The notes beneath the pieces are model-generated. The model made no database searches. It was not told the origin of the DNA and saw only the letters and a program-made list of their open reading frames with translations. This document shows, piece by piece, positions 35,837-45,212 of a stretch of DNA of 56,494 nt (the first letter of the stretch is position 1; each line of letters opens with the position of its first letter). This DNA comes from a virus (Duplodnaviria > Caudoviricetes), in the IMG/VR virus record IMGVR_UViG_3300005613_000078, positions 1 through 56,494 of that record; one strand, written 5' to 3'. Position numbers and translations under genes: made by a program.

Positions 35837-36853
35837 ATGTTTGAGTATTTTTATAACGAGATCTTAAGATCCACAATCATTGCATTTGGTTCGTTATTCA
35901 ACGACATTCAAATCAAACATAAGAATGATGACGATGACGTTTGGAGTGTCATCAAAGTTCCTCTTGCTTATGGACCTACACAAAAGTTTCTGGCAAGATT
36001 AGAACAAACACCAAATCTGAATACTCCTGTCCAAATGACTCTTCCTAGAATGTCATTTGAATTTACAGACCTCGTATATGACCCAGAAAGAAAAGTTACC
36101 AAGACTCAACAGTTTGTGGCAACCACCTCTGATGGTTCGCAAACTAAAAGAGCATATATGCCCGTTCCTTATAATATGACATTTGAGTTGTCAGCAATGA
36201 CAAAGTTAAATGATGACATGCTTCAAATCACTGAACAAATCTTACCTTATTTCGCTCCAGGATATACAATCCCCATTAAAGTTCTTGGTGCTATCAACGA
36301 AATCATGAATGTTCCTGTGGTTCTTGATGGAATTACAATGGAAGACGACTATGAAGGCAATTTTGATACAAGAAGAGCACTAGTATATACCTTCAGGTTC
36401 ACTGCTAAAGTGAATATGTATGGACCTGTCAAGGATATCTCTAGTTCTATCATTGATAAAGTCAATATCGGTTACATTGGTGGAACAAGAACAACAGTGA
36501 AAGGTTCTGCTCAGACATATGAAAGAGACGTTACTTACAGTGTAACACCAAGAGCACTTAAAGATTACGATGGTGTTGTCGTAACTAATCTTGCTGCTGA
36601 TATTACAGATGAAACTGAAGTCATCACTGTTGTTGACGGAACTAAGATAACTGACGGAACAGATATCTACATTGGTGAAGAACTGATGCTTGTCAGAAAT
36701 ATTACTGGCAACAAAATTACCGTTACAAGAGGCAAAGATCAGACTTCAGTACAAACACATGTCAGTGGAGCACCCATTTATGGCATAACTGCCAATGACG
36801 CTAATTTCATTAATGTAGGAGACAACTTCGGATTCGATGGTGGATTTATCTAA
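35837..36853 (+). CDS. gp15: tail sheath stabiliser / terminator gp15
   Basis: FGSLFNDI, VPLAYGPTQKFL, LPRMSFE and EQILPYF. Confidence 0.95.
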   Translation: MFEYFYNEILRSTIIAFGSLFNDIQIKHKNDDDDVWSVIKVPLAYGPTQKFLARLEQTPNLNTPVQMTLPRMSFEFTDLVYDPERKVTKTQQFVATTSDGSQTKRAYMPVPYNMTFELSAMTKLNDDMLQITEQILPYFAPGYTIPIKVLGAINEIMNVPVVLDGITMEDDYEGNFDTRRALVYTFRFTAKVNMYGPVKDISSSIIDKVNIGYIGGTRTTVKGSAQTYERDVTYSVTPRALKDYDGVVVTNLAADITDETEVITVVDGTKITDGTDIYIGEELMLVRNITGNKITVTRGKDQTSVQTHVSGAPIYGITANDANFINVGDNFGFDGGFI

Positions 36854-37284
36854 TGACAACTATGACAAAAAAATACGACAAGTTGGATGATGCATTTGAT
36901 GTTGAAGCAACTTCTGTAGAAATAGAGAAAACTAACGAAAAAAAGATTGAACAAATCAGAAATTCATCAGAAGATATTCGTAAGGATTATGAATATACAC
37001 GGGGAAATCTTTATTCTATCATTGAAAAAGGGCAAGAAGCGATTAATGGCATCTTAGAACTTGCTCAAGAAAGTGAAATGCCTAGAGCATATGAAGTCGC
37101 AGGTCAATTAATTAAAAACGTATCCGATGCAACGGATAAATTGATGGATCTTCAGAAGAAATTGAAAGATGTTAATGAAGAAAAAGAGCAAAAAGGACCA
37201 ACTACAGTCAACAATGCACTCTTTGTTGGATCAACCGCAGATCTTCAAAAGATGCTAAAGAACGTTTCAGAAGGGGATAAATAA
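36853..37284 (+). CDS. gp16: terminase small subunit gp16
   Basis: DYEYTRGNL, PRAYEVAGQLIK and NNALFVGSTADLQ. Confidence 0.93.
   Translation: MTTMTKKYDKLDDAFDVEATSVEIEKTNEKKIEQIRNSSEDIRKDYEYTRGNLYSIIEKGQEAINGILELAQESEMPRAYEVAGQLIKNVSDATDKLMDLQKKLKDVNEEKEQKGPTTVNNALFVGSTADLQKMLKNVSEGDK
37277..37283 (+). promoter_or_regulatory. T4-type late promoter
   Basis: ATAAATA upstream of ORF 37311. Confidence 0.7.
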
Positions 37285-37310
37285 AATATAACAGAAAGTC
37301 TTTTATTGGG

Positions 37311-39854
37311 ATGGAAGGGTTTAATAATGAGAATTTGTCAGATTTCTTTGATCTTATAGGTTCACAAAAAAAGAAATCCAGTGAAGAAACCACCAATCCC
37401 TCAGAGGAAACCTCTCTCGATGACCTTTTTGCGTCCGTTTCAGAAGAAAAAAAGAAAGAAAAGAAGAAAAGAAAAGAAATAATAGGAGACGTATCTCTTG
37501 ATGACCTATTTTCATCTCTTTCTGAAGAAAAAAAGAAGTTAAAAGGAACTGAAATTGAAAAAAAGCAAGAAATAGAACAACTTGAGAAAGAAGCAAAGGC
37601 ATTTGAATCTTTTTTATACTCTGAATCTACCAAAAAAGAAGAAAAATTAGAAGAAAAACCTCCAAAACCAAAGAAATCTAAGAAAAAGACTAGTAAAAAA
37701 GACGTTATTGTCAATAAAATTGAAGAAAAAGAAGAAATTAAGGAAAAAGTAGATCAAAATCTTCAAAAATCACTTGATATTCTTGATAAACTTAAAAGAA
37801 ATGATATAGATATTGAAAATGAAGAAGATCCTGCACTTAGAAAGTTAAAATTAGAAGTAGAACAACTAAGAAAATTAGTTGAATCATCGATAAGAACTGC
37901 TACCGCACAAGGTGGTGGAGGCGAAGTTCGCCTTGAGTTCCTTGATGATGTTGATCGTGATAGTGCTAAGGTTGATGGTAAGTTTTTAAAATATGATTCT
38001 GCGACTGGTAGGTGGGTTGGAGCAAACGCTTCAGGTGGAGGAAATCAAGATTTAAATACAACATTAGGATTAGGAAATACTTCATCTATTGGGATGAGTG
38101 TTGGTGTTATAACAGCAACCTCTTTTTTTGGAGATGGATCTAATCTTTCTGGAGTTGGTGCGGGAAATACCACAAATGTAAGAACAGATTCTTTAGTGGT
38201 AAGTGGAATATCAACTTTCAGTACAGGAATAGGAACTGTCAATATTGGAGTTGGCAATACTACTTTTTTAGTTGATGGAGATGCAAGAGTTACTGGAATT
38301 CTTACGGTTGGTAGATCGTCAATTACGATTGATGGTGTTAATGATAGGATTCTTATTGGTAATGAAGATGTAACAATTTCTGATTCAAGCATAACAATTG
38401 GAGATAATGTCACAATCAATACAGGTGCCACAGGTATAAACTCAGCGCCAAATGTTTTTTACGTTGCCAAAGACGGCAATGATAGTAATAATGGAACTTC
38501 TATTGATAATGCAAAACTAACAATATCAGGTGCAGTTTCTGTAGCTTCCTCTGGTGCAGTTATTAAAGTATTATCTGGAAATTATGTAGAAAATAATCCA
38601 ATTGAACTCCCAGCATTTACTGCTGTTATTGGTGATGATTTAAGGACTGTAAAAGTTCTTCCCAATTCGCCAACCAGTGATATATTTCACGTTAACAAAG
38701 CGTGTAAATTAGCAAATATAACTTTCTCTGGTCATCTTCATCCAGCAGCTGCTGTTGCTTTCCCAACAGGTATTGCTACTAATGTTGGTGGTGGAAAATG
38801 GAAGGGTCCTTATATTCAAAACTGCACCAGCGACACCACAACAGGAACTGGAATTCGCATTGATGGAAACTTAGCAGTGAAAACAAAGTCAATGAATGTT
38901 GATGCTTTCACTCAATACAATCAGGGTGGAGTTGGTGTTGCGGTTACTAATGAGGGATATGCACAATTAGTTTCTGTTTTTACTATCTGTTGTAATGAGG
39001 CAATATCATGTCACGCTGGAGGTCAAGCAGATTTAGCAAATAGCAATTGCAGTTTTGGTACATTTGGTTTAGTTGCTGATGGAAAAGGGACAGAACAATT
39101 TACAGGAATTGTGACTTCAACGGCTGCAGCGGCACAAGATACCGTAACGTTAAATGTTGGAGTAGGTCAAACTCGTCCATATGATGGGCAGATTGTTTAT
39201 TTTGATCAACTTTATAAAGAAGTAGAAACTATAACAATAACAAATGGTGGAAGTGGATATACCAATACCCCATCTGTCACAATATCTTCTCCTACAGGTC
39301 CTAATGGAGAAGTAGCGACCGCGTTTGCGACTATCGAAAATGGCACTGTAACTGAAATTGACATTATCAGTAATGGTAGTCAATATACAGAAAATGCCAC
39401 GATTACAATTTCAGCACCAGATAGTGGAACAACTGCCACTGCTACTGCCAATATGGCAGATATTTACTACACAATAAATAGTGCTACACCCATCGTTTCT
39501 GGGATTACTACATTAACACTTGCTGAAAATTTATTGAATACTGTTGGTGTTGGTTCAACAGTATTTTTCTTTCAACAAAGTAGAATCATAGCTAGTTCCC
39601 ATACTTTTGAATATATTGGTTCTGGTAATCAAATTACTTCAGCAACACCAAAAAGAGGTGGTGTGACAATTCAAGCGAATGAAGTGGTAAGTAAAAATGG
39701 AGGAAAAGTGATTTACACTAGCACAGATCAAGCTGGTAACTTTAGAATTGGAGATGATTTCCAAATTAATCAAAACACTGGAACAATCAGTGGAAGAGCA
39801 TTCTCGAAAAGTTTGTTCTCTGAAATGACACCCTTTATCTTAGCACTCAGTTAA
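37311..39854 (+). CDS. tail-fibre/spike-like protein with a charged N-terminus and pectin-lyase-like beta-helix
   Basis: 847 aa; K/E-rich N-terminus; fibre repeat FFGDGSNLSG; FYVAKDGNDSNNG...VIKVLSGNYVE...GDDLR beta-helix entry motif. Confidence 0.7.
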   Translation: MEGFNNENLSDFFDLIGSQKKKSSEETTNPSEETSLDDLFASVSEEKKKEKKKRKEIIGDVSLDDLFSSLSEEKKKLKGTEIEKKQEIEQLEKEAKAFESFLYSESTKKEEKLEEKPPKPKKSKKKTSKKDVIVNKIEEKEEIKEKVDQNLQKSLDILDKLKRNDIDIENEEDPALRKLKLEVEQLRKLVESSIRTATAQGGGGEVRLEFLDDVDRDSAKVDGKFLKYDSATGRWVGANASGGGNQDLNTTLGLGNTSSIGMSVGVITATSFFGDGSNLSGVGAGNTTNVRTDSLVVSGISTFSTGIGTVNIGVGNTTFLVDGDARVTGILTVGRSSITIDGVNDRILIGNEDVTISDSSITIGDNVTINTGATGINSAPNVFYVAKDGNDSNNGTSIDNAKLTISGAVSVASSGAVIKVLSGNYVENNPIELPAFTAVIGDDLRTVKVLPNSPTSDIFHVNKACKLANITFSGHLHPAAAVAFPTGIATNVGGGKWKGPYIQNCTSDTTTGTGIRIDGNLAVKTKSMNVDAFTQYNQGGVGVAVTNEGYAQLVSVFTICCNEAISCHAGGQADLANSNCSFGTFGLVADGKGTEQFTGIVTSTAAAAQDTVTLNVGVGQTRPYDGQIVYFDQLYKEVETITITNGGSGYTNTPSVTISSPTGPNGEVATAFATIENGTVTEIDIISNGSQYTENATITISAPDSGTTATATANMADIYYTINSATPIVSGITTLTLAENLLNTVGVGSTVFFFQQSRIIASSHTFEYIGSGNQITSATPKRGGVTIQANEVVSKNGGKVIYTSTDQAGNFRIGDDFQINQNTGTISGRAFSKSLFSEMTPFILALS

Positions 39855-39855
39855 A

Positions 39856-40188
39856 ATGGCACAGTTAGCTCTTAATAGGTTTCAGACAGAAACTTTAGAA
39901 GTTACCACTAATGAACAAACTGTATATACAACACCAACCGGATATACTGCTATAGTTTTGTATGCTCACATAACAAATTATGGTTCGGTTAGTTCCACTG
40001 TCACTATGAAACATATTAGATCATCAACTGAGACGGAAATAATAAATGATGCAAATGTTCCCATAAATGACGCTCTTGTGCCTATAACTGGAAAACTTGT
40101 TTTAGAAACAAATGACTCTATTAAGATTTCGTCAAGTGATGACAATACGTTAAAAGTAATTTTAAGTATATTGGAGACAGCGAATTAA
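39856..40188 (+). CDS. small virion-associated hypothetical protein
   Basis: 110 aa; VYTTPTG and GKLVLETND motifs; tightly packed in the late operon. Confidence 0.8.
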   Translation: MAQLALNRFQTETLEVTTNEQTVYTTPTGYTAIVLYAHITNYGSVSSTVTMKHIRSSTETEIINDANVPINDALVPITGKLVLETNDSIKISSSDDNTLKVILSILETAN

Positions 40189-40190
40189 TC

Positions 40191-40559
40191 ATGCCATACA
40201 TCGTAGGATTTAGCACAACCTTTTCTGCATTAGGAATGAGTGCAGGTGTTGTAAATTCAGCAATCAAAACAACAGGATCTGATAGTGAATCAGTTTTGTT
40301 GAGTTTATCATCCTCAGAATATAGATCTGTAAATTATCAAATTCAGGTTGTAAGAGGGGAAAATTATAACACCACAAACGTGCAGGTTATTCATGATAAC
40401 ACAAGAGCATATGTCTCCGAATATGGTACTATTAATCAACCTGTAAGTATATCAACATTCTCTTCTGATTTGAATGGAGGTAATATTAGACTTTTAGCAT
40501 ACCCTTCAAATTCTGGATTGACTACTTTTAAAGTTATTTACACTGCTACAAAGTCATAA
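40191..40559 (+). CDS. hypothetical structural protein
   Basis: 122 aa; YRSVNYQIQV...VIHD...EYG resembles the YRAAK...IVHDG units in the gp7-like protein. Confidence 0.75.
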   Translation: MPYIVGFSTTFSALGMSAGVVNSAIKTTGSDSESVLLSLSSSEYRSVNYQIQVVRGENYNTTNVQVIHDNTRAYVSEYGTINQPVSISTFSSDLNGGNIRLLAYPSNSGLTTFKVIYTATKS

Positions 40560-40562
40560 ATA
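40556..40562 (+). promoter_or_regulatory. T4-type late promoter
   Basis: ATAAATA upstream of ORF 40581. Confidence 0.7.
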
Positions 40563-40580
40563 ATTTGAGACTCTTTACTC

Positions 40581-42224
40581 ATGAAAAAAAGTTGGTCTGA
40601 CAAATACAAAAAGTCGATTGACTGTGATAATCCAAAGGGTTTTAGTCAGCGTGCTCACTGTCAGGGCAAAAAGAAGAAAATGAAAGAAGGAAAAGACCAT
40701 GAAGTCTCAATGGCACAGTCACAACTTGATAAAACCATTGACAATGCCAAGAAACTGAAGAAAAAACTTGGGACCAAAGAAAAGGATATTCCTGCTTGGG
40801 TTCAAGCAAAAGTCACTGATACTGAACATAATATGGATGCTGCTGCTTCATATTCCGAGGGAACACTTCATAAATGGTTTAAAGGATCCAAATCTAAAGA
40901 CGGTAAAGGTGGTTGGGTCAATGTAGTTACTGGTGGAACCTGTGCCAGTGATGAACCAGGAGAAGGAACACCCAAGTGCGTATCGTCTGCAAAAAGAGCA
41001 AGTATGACTCCTGCTGAAAGAAAGTCAGCAGCAAGAAGAAAGAAAGCAGCAGATCCAGGACAACAACAAAAGTCTGGTGCTGCAAAACCAACCTATGTTT
41101 CAACCGACAAACCCAAAAAGAAAATGAAAGAAGAAGCATTCAGCGAAGAAGACAAAAAGGGTAAAGGTAGTGGCAAGAAAGATGCTTGTTACCACAAAGT
41201 GAAGGCACGTTATGATGTATGGCCTTCTGCTTACGCTTCTGGTGCTTTAGTTAAGTGCCGTAAGAAAGGTGCTAAGAACTGGGGAAACAGCACCAAGAAA
41301 GAAGACTTCATGGCACTGCCTGAATTCTCAGAAATGCAGATTAGAGCAATGAGAAATCAAGGCATCGAAGTTGAAGTGGTTGGTGAAGACTGCTGGGATG
41401 GTTATGAAAAGAAAGGTATGAAGACTATGTTTGGTAAGAGATATCCAAACTGTGTCAAAAAGAAGAAGACTAAGAAAGAAGAGTTTATTCCTGAAGAAGA
41501 AAAAACTGAACTTCAGAAGAAGGCATCTCGGGGTGATAAATCTGCTATGTCTAAACTAAAGCAACTTCGTGCCGCTGGTAAGATTGGTAAAGAATATGGT
41601 TTTGAGCCAGGTGCTAAAAATGAATCAGTCACACTAGAAAAAGCAAATGGCAAAGAGTTTGCCGAAGTAATTGATTTGATTACTAACGCAGATCTTGGAA
41701 CAACAATGTCTGAAGCAGTTCAGATGCGTTCTGAGATGGGTAATATGTACATCGTTACATTTACCTGGAGAGCACAGATGAAACTACTCAAAATCTTCTT
41801 CCCTGAAGTCAGAAAACCATCAAAGATGGAAGTCGAGATGGCAATCAATAAAATCTATCCCGGTGCCAGAGTAAGATCATTCTATATCATTGACAACCCA
41901 AAGAATGATGAAATGTATCTAAACGTTGGTCCTGTTGATAAGTATGCTGAATTTGGTGAAGAGACAGAAATTGAAGAAGGAGCAGCATGGACAAAAAAGT
42001 CCGGTAAGAACCCTTCAGGTGGATTAAATGAGAAGGGTCGTAAGTCTTATGAAAGAGAAAATCCTGGTTCTGATCTGAAAGCACCAAGCAAGAAGGTCGG
42101 AAACAAACGTCGTGCTTCTTTTTGTGCTCGTATGAAAGGCATGAAAAAGAAATTAACTTCTTCTAAAACTGCCAACGATCCTGATAGCAGAATCAATAAA
42201 AGTTTGAGGGCCTGGAATTGCTAA
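40581..42224 (+). CDS. highly basic modular hypothetical protein (putative internal head protein)
   Basis: 547 aa, Lys-rich, with several short Cys-containing modules. Confidence 0.8.
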   Translation: MKKSWSDKYKKSIDCDNPKGFSQRAHCQGKKKKMKEGKDHEVSMAQSQLDKTIDNAKKLKKKLGTKEKDIPAWVQAKVTDTEHNMDAAASYSEGTLHKWFKGSKSKDGKGGWVNVVTGGTCASDEPGEGTPKCVSSAKRASMTPAERKSAARRKKAADPGQQQKSGAAKPTYVSTDKPKKKMKEEAFSEEDKKGKGSGKKDACYHKVKARYDVWPSAYASGALVKCRKKGAKNWGNSTKKEDFMALPEFSEMQIRAMRNQGIEVEVVGEDCWDGYEKKGMKTMFGKRYPNCVKKKKTKKEEFIPEEEKTELQKKASRGDKSAMSKLKQLRAAGKIGKEYGFEPGAKNESVTLEKANGKEFAEVIDLITNADLGTTMSEAVQMRSEMGNMYIVTFTWRAQMKLLKIFFPEVRKPSKMEVEMAINKIYPGARVRSFYIIDNPKNDEMYLNVGPVDKYAEFGEETEIEEGAAWTKKSGKNPSGGLNEKGRKSYERENPGSDLKAPSKKVGNKRRASFCARMKGMKKKLTSSKTANDPDSRINKSLRAWNC

Positions 42225-42225
42225 A

Positions 42226-42585
42226 ATGAAAAGTTTTAAAGAATTTCTATCAGAAAGCATCACCATTAATGGTGACTTCAACGGGACCTTAAATCTAGGT
42301 GGTGGGGAAAATTCTGCACCACCTGAAGAGCAGGTTGAAGAGAATTATCAGTATCTTGCTGATGTTGTATGGATGGGAAGTATATATAGATTGAAGTTAG
42401 AACAAGGAAATTCGGTTAGACTTCCAACCAATCAAGAACTTGCCGAACAACTTCAAGGAGAATATCCTGGAGCAATTGTTCAAAGAATTTATCCAGTTCA
42501 AAATACTTCAAGGGTAAAAATATCAGGCGTTGAAAGATATCATCCAGCAAAATTAGAATGGGAAAACTATGGCACAGTGGAATAA
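42226..42585 (+). CDS. hypothetical protein with a capsid-targeting-like N-terminus
   Basis: 119 aa; starts MKSFKEFLSE. Confidence 0.8.
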   Translation: MKSFKEFLSESITINGDFNGTLNLGGGENSAPPEEQVEENYQYLADVVWMGSIYRLKLEQGNSVRLPTNQELAEQLQGEYPGAIVQRIYPVQNTSRVKISGVERYHPAKLEWENYGTVE

Positions 42586-43405
42586 AAACATTCAAGACTA
42601 CCTAAAAGACGGTAGAACTTTATTTGAAGTATTCATCTGTGCAGATCAATTTGGTAATATTGGTGCTTGTGGAGGTAATACTCAGTTTGAGTTGAATGTA
42701 TCTTCAGGCATTATGACAGAAATGTCTAATGTTCATAAGTTTGGTGCTGTAGTCACATCATCATCAGATTATGACACTGTTTGGACTGAGGCAGGTGCTT
42801 ATGAGTTTCCAGTTTCTGCTGGAACTATTACGGTTGTTTCATTAAACTCTCAAGATAATCCAACAGGGACTGGTGCATCATCAGTTGTTGTTCAGGGATT
42901 GGACGCCAACTATAATGAGTTGGAAGAAACTCTTACATTAAATGGTACAGTCGGTGTTGCTGGAACTGTTGAGTTTTTAAGAACTCATAGAGCGTTCATT
43001 GATGTTGGAAATACTAACGTTGGTGACATTACAATTTCTATTGGTTCGACAGTATATTGTGCAATTGCTGCTGATATGGGACAATCTCAAGTTGCATTTT
43101 ATACAGTTCCGGCAGAGAAGGGTGCTTTCTTGAAACAATTTGTAGCAACTCAAAATAAAAATCAAGAGAATGCTGTAAGAATGTTTCAAAGGCAATATGA
43201 AGAAGGCACCACTAAACCTTTTCGCTTAGTTACAGAATTGAACTTGTATGGTAGCAATATTGTGAAACCTTATAGTTATCCAATATATTTTCCATCAAAA
43301 ACTGATATTGAAGTAAGAACATATACAGGAAGTAACTGTAATGTATCTTGTTCTTTTGATTTATTAGTTGCCAATAATAGTGTTCTTGGAATTGGTACAA
43401 CCTGA
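42569..43405 (+). CDS. putative virion structural protein
   Basis: 278 aa; VHKFG, GTGASSVVVQGLDANY, FYTVPA and KTDIEVR motifs. Confidence 0.75.
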   Translation: MAQWNKNIQDYLKDGRTLFEVFICADQFGNIGACGGNTQFELNVSSGIMTEMSNVHKFGAVVTSSSDYDTVWTEAGAYEFPVSAGTITVVSLNSQDNPTGTGASSVVVQGLDANYNELEETLTLNGTVGVAGTVEFLRTHRAFIDVGNTNVGDITISIGSTVYCAIAADMGQSQVAFYTVPAEKGAFLKQFVATQNKNQENAVRMFQRQYEEGTTKPFRLVTELNLYGSNIVKPYSYPIYFPSKTDIEVRTYTGSNCNVSCSFDLLVANNSVLGIGTT

Positions 43406-43417
43406 TAGGAGTTTTTT

Positions 43418-44299
43418 ATGCCAAGTGCTGATATTTACTTAGGGAATCCGAACCTTAAAAAGGCAAATACTCAAATTGAGTTTACACAAGAACAGATTGA
43501 AGAGTACATTAAATGCAAAAGCGATCCTGTTTATTTTGCTAAAAACTATGTTCAAATCGTAACGTTGGATCATGGTCTTCAACCGTTTAAGATGTATGAC
43601 TTCCAAGAGAAGTTAGTTCGTAATTTTCACGAAAATAGATTTAATATTTGTAAGATGCCACGTCAGACTGGCAAGTCTACGACTGTAGTATCTTTTCTAC
43701 TTCATTATGCTGTTTTTAATGATAGTGTTAATATTGGTATTCTAGCAAACAAGGCATCTACTGCAAGGGAACTTTTAAGTAGATTGCAAATTGCTTATGA
43801 GAATTTGCCAAGATGGATGCAGCAGGGTATTCTATCTTGGAATAAAGGTTCTTTGGAGTTAGAAAATGGCAGTAAGATATTGGCAGCTTCTACGTCTGCA
43901 AGTGCTGTCCGAGGCATGTCGTTTAACATTCTATTCCTCGACGAGTTTGCCTTCGTTCCAAACCATATTGCGGATGCCTTCTTTGCATCTGTTTATCCTA
44001 CTATTACTTCTGGTAAATCAACGAAAGTAATTATTGTTTCTACTCCACACGGTATGAATCACTTCTACCGTATGTGGACTGATGCAGAGAAGAGCAGAAA
44101 TGAATACGTCCCCACTGATGTTCACTGGTCTGAAGTTCCAGGTAGAGACGATAAGTGGAAACAACAAACTATTAAAAATACTTCTGAACAGCAATTTAAA
44201 ATTGAGTTTGAGTGTGTATCTGGAGACACAAACATTGAAATAGAATGTGAGGATGGTGTGGAAACTACTGCAATCAAGGATTTATACGATAGAATGTAA
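43418..44299 (+). CDS. gp17: terminase large subunit, N-terminal ATPase part fused to split intein IntN
   Basis: YLGNPNLKK, Walker A PRQTGKST, Walker B ILFLDEFAF, VSTPHG; ends EFE|CVSGDT...DLYDRM. Confidence 0.96.
   Translation: MPSADIYLGNPNLKKANTQIEFTQEQIEEYIKCKSDPVYFAKNYVQIVTLDHGLQPFKMYDFQEKLVRNFHENRFNICKMPRQTGKSTTVVSFLLHYAVFNDSVNIGILANKASTARELLSRLQIAYENLPRWMQQGILSWNKGSLELENGSKILAASTSASAVRGMSFNILFLDEFAFVPNHIADAFFASVYPTITSGKSTKVIIVSTPHGMNHFYRMWTDAEKSRNEYVPTDVHWSEVPGRDDKWKQQTIKNTSEQQFKIEFECVSGDTNIEIECEDGVETTAIKDLYDRM
44213..44296 (+). mobile_element. atypically short split intein N-fragment (28 aa)
   Basis: CVSGDTNIEIECEDGVETTAIKDLYDRM: block A Cys1 plus the IKDLY motif. Confidence 0.92.
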
Positions 44300-44310
44300 G
44301 TTCATAGGAT

Positions 44311-44318
44311 TATAAATA
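44311..44318 (+). promoter_or_regulatory. T4-type late promoter inside the fractured terL locus
   Basis: TATAAATA ending 23 nt before the endonuclease ATG. Confidence 0.85.
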
Positions 44319-44341
44319 TTAATAGTAGTTGAGATAATATA

Positions 44342-44911
44342 ATGTATACCATTTATGCACTCGTGGATAATGATGGAGTAGTGAAGTATGTGGGTCAAAC
44401 TACACAGGTTGATGTTCGTAAAAGAGACCATAAAAACAAAAAACCACCCCACAACTTTGTCATTATCAAAGAGAATCTTTCTGCAGAAGATGCCAAGCAG
44501 TTTGAGATTGATACTATTGCCAAATACAACACATATAAAAATGGTTGGAATATGAGTTCAGGTGGAGAAGGATTTGATGGTTACAGAAGAACTAATATTG
44601 GTGGAGTAAAGAAAGGTAATATTCCCTGGAATAAAGGTAAGAGTGGTTGTTTCAGTGAAGAAACTATCAGCAAAATGAGTAATGTCCGTAAAGGCAAAAT
44701 ACATTCATCAAAACTAACTCCCGAAAAAGTCCGATTTATAAGGAATCTATATAATACAAAACCAAGACTAAAAGGTGTTGGTGATATTCAACCCAATGGT
44801 AAAGTTCTTCCTTATGAGAGAGCATTTTCAAAGAACTACGCAGAAGAGTTTGGCATAACCCCCAGCAACTTACACAAAATCATTCTATATAAATCTTGGA
44901 CTAATGTATAA
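44342..44911 (+). CDS. free-standing GIY-YIG homing endonuclease with NUMOD3-like and C-terminal HTH DNA-binding modules
   Basis: TIYAL...KYVGQT, Arg in VRKRDH, Glu in QFEID, NGWN; PWNKG...SEETISKMS; KLTPEKVRFIR...AEEFGIT. Confidence 0.88.
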   Translation: MYTIYALVDNDGVVKYVGQTTQVDVRKRDHKNKKPPHNFVIIKENLSAEDAKQFEIDTIAKYNTYKNGWNMSSGGEGFDGYRRTNIGGVKKGNIPWNKGKSGCFSEETISKMSNVRKGKIHSSKLTPEKVRFIRNLYNTKPRLKGVGDIQPNGKVLPYERAFSKNYAEEFGITPSNLHKIILYKSWTNV

Positions 44912-45212
44912 ACTGAACTCGTCCATTAAGGTAAAAACACCAAGAGGATTTAAAAAATTTGCAGGTATTCAGAAGGTAAGAAAATCAGTTTATCAATGGA
45001 TTATCTTTGGAGATGATAGTGAAATAAAGTGTTCTTTAGACCATTCCTTTGGTGAAGAGCAAGTTAAAGCTCACACAATAAAAACAGGAGATTTATTACA
45101 ACATAAAGAAGTAGTTTATAGTGAGATTGTTGAGGAACCTATTGATCTATATGACTTATTAGAAGTAGAGGATGGAAACTTATATAATACTAATGGTGTT
45201 GTATCTCATAAC
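44904..45212 (+). mobile_element. split intein C-fragment (103 aa)
   Basis: Block B-like CSLDH, block F LYDLLEV and block G NGVVSHN followed by +1 Cys. Confidence 0.93.

Noticed and set aside
44300-44903. Group I intron or frameshift explaining the split terminase
   Set aside because: Both halves carry clear intein blocks, and the non-coding gap is only about 40 nt, too short for a ribozyme core.
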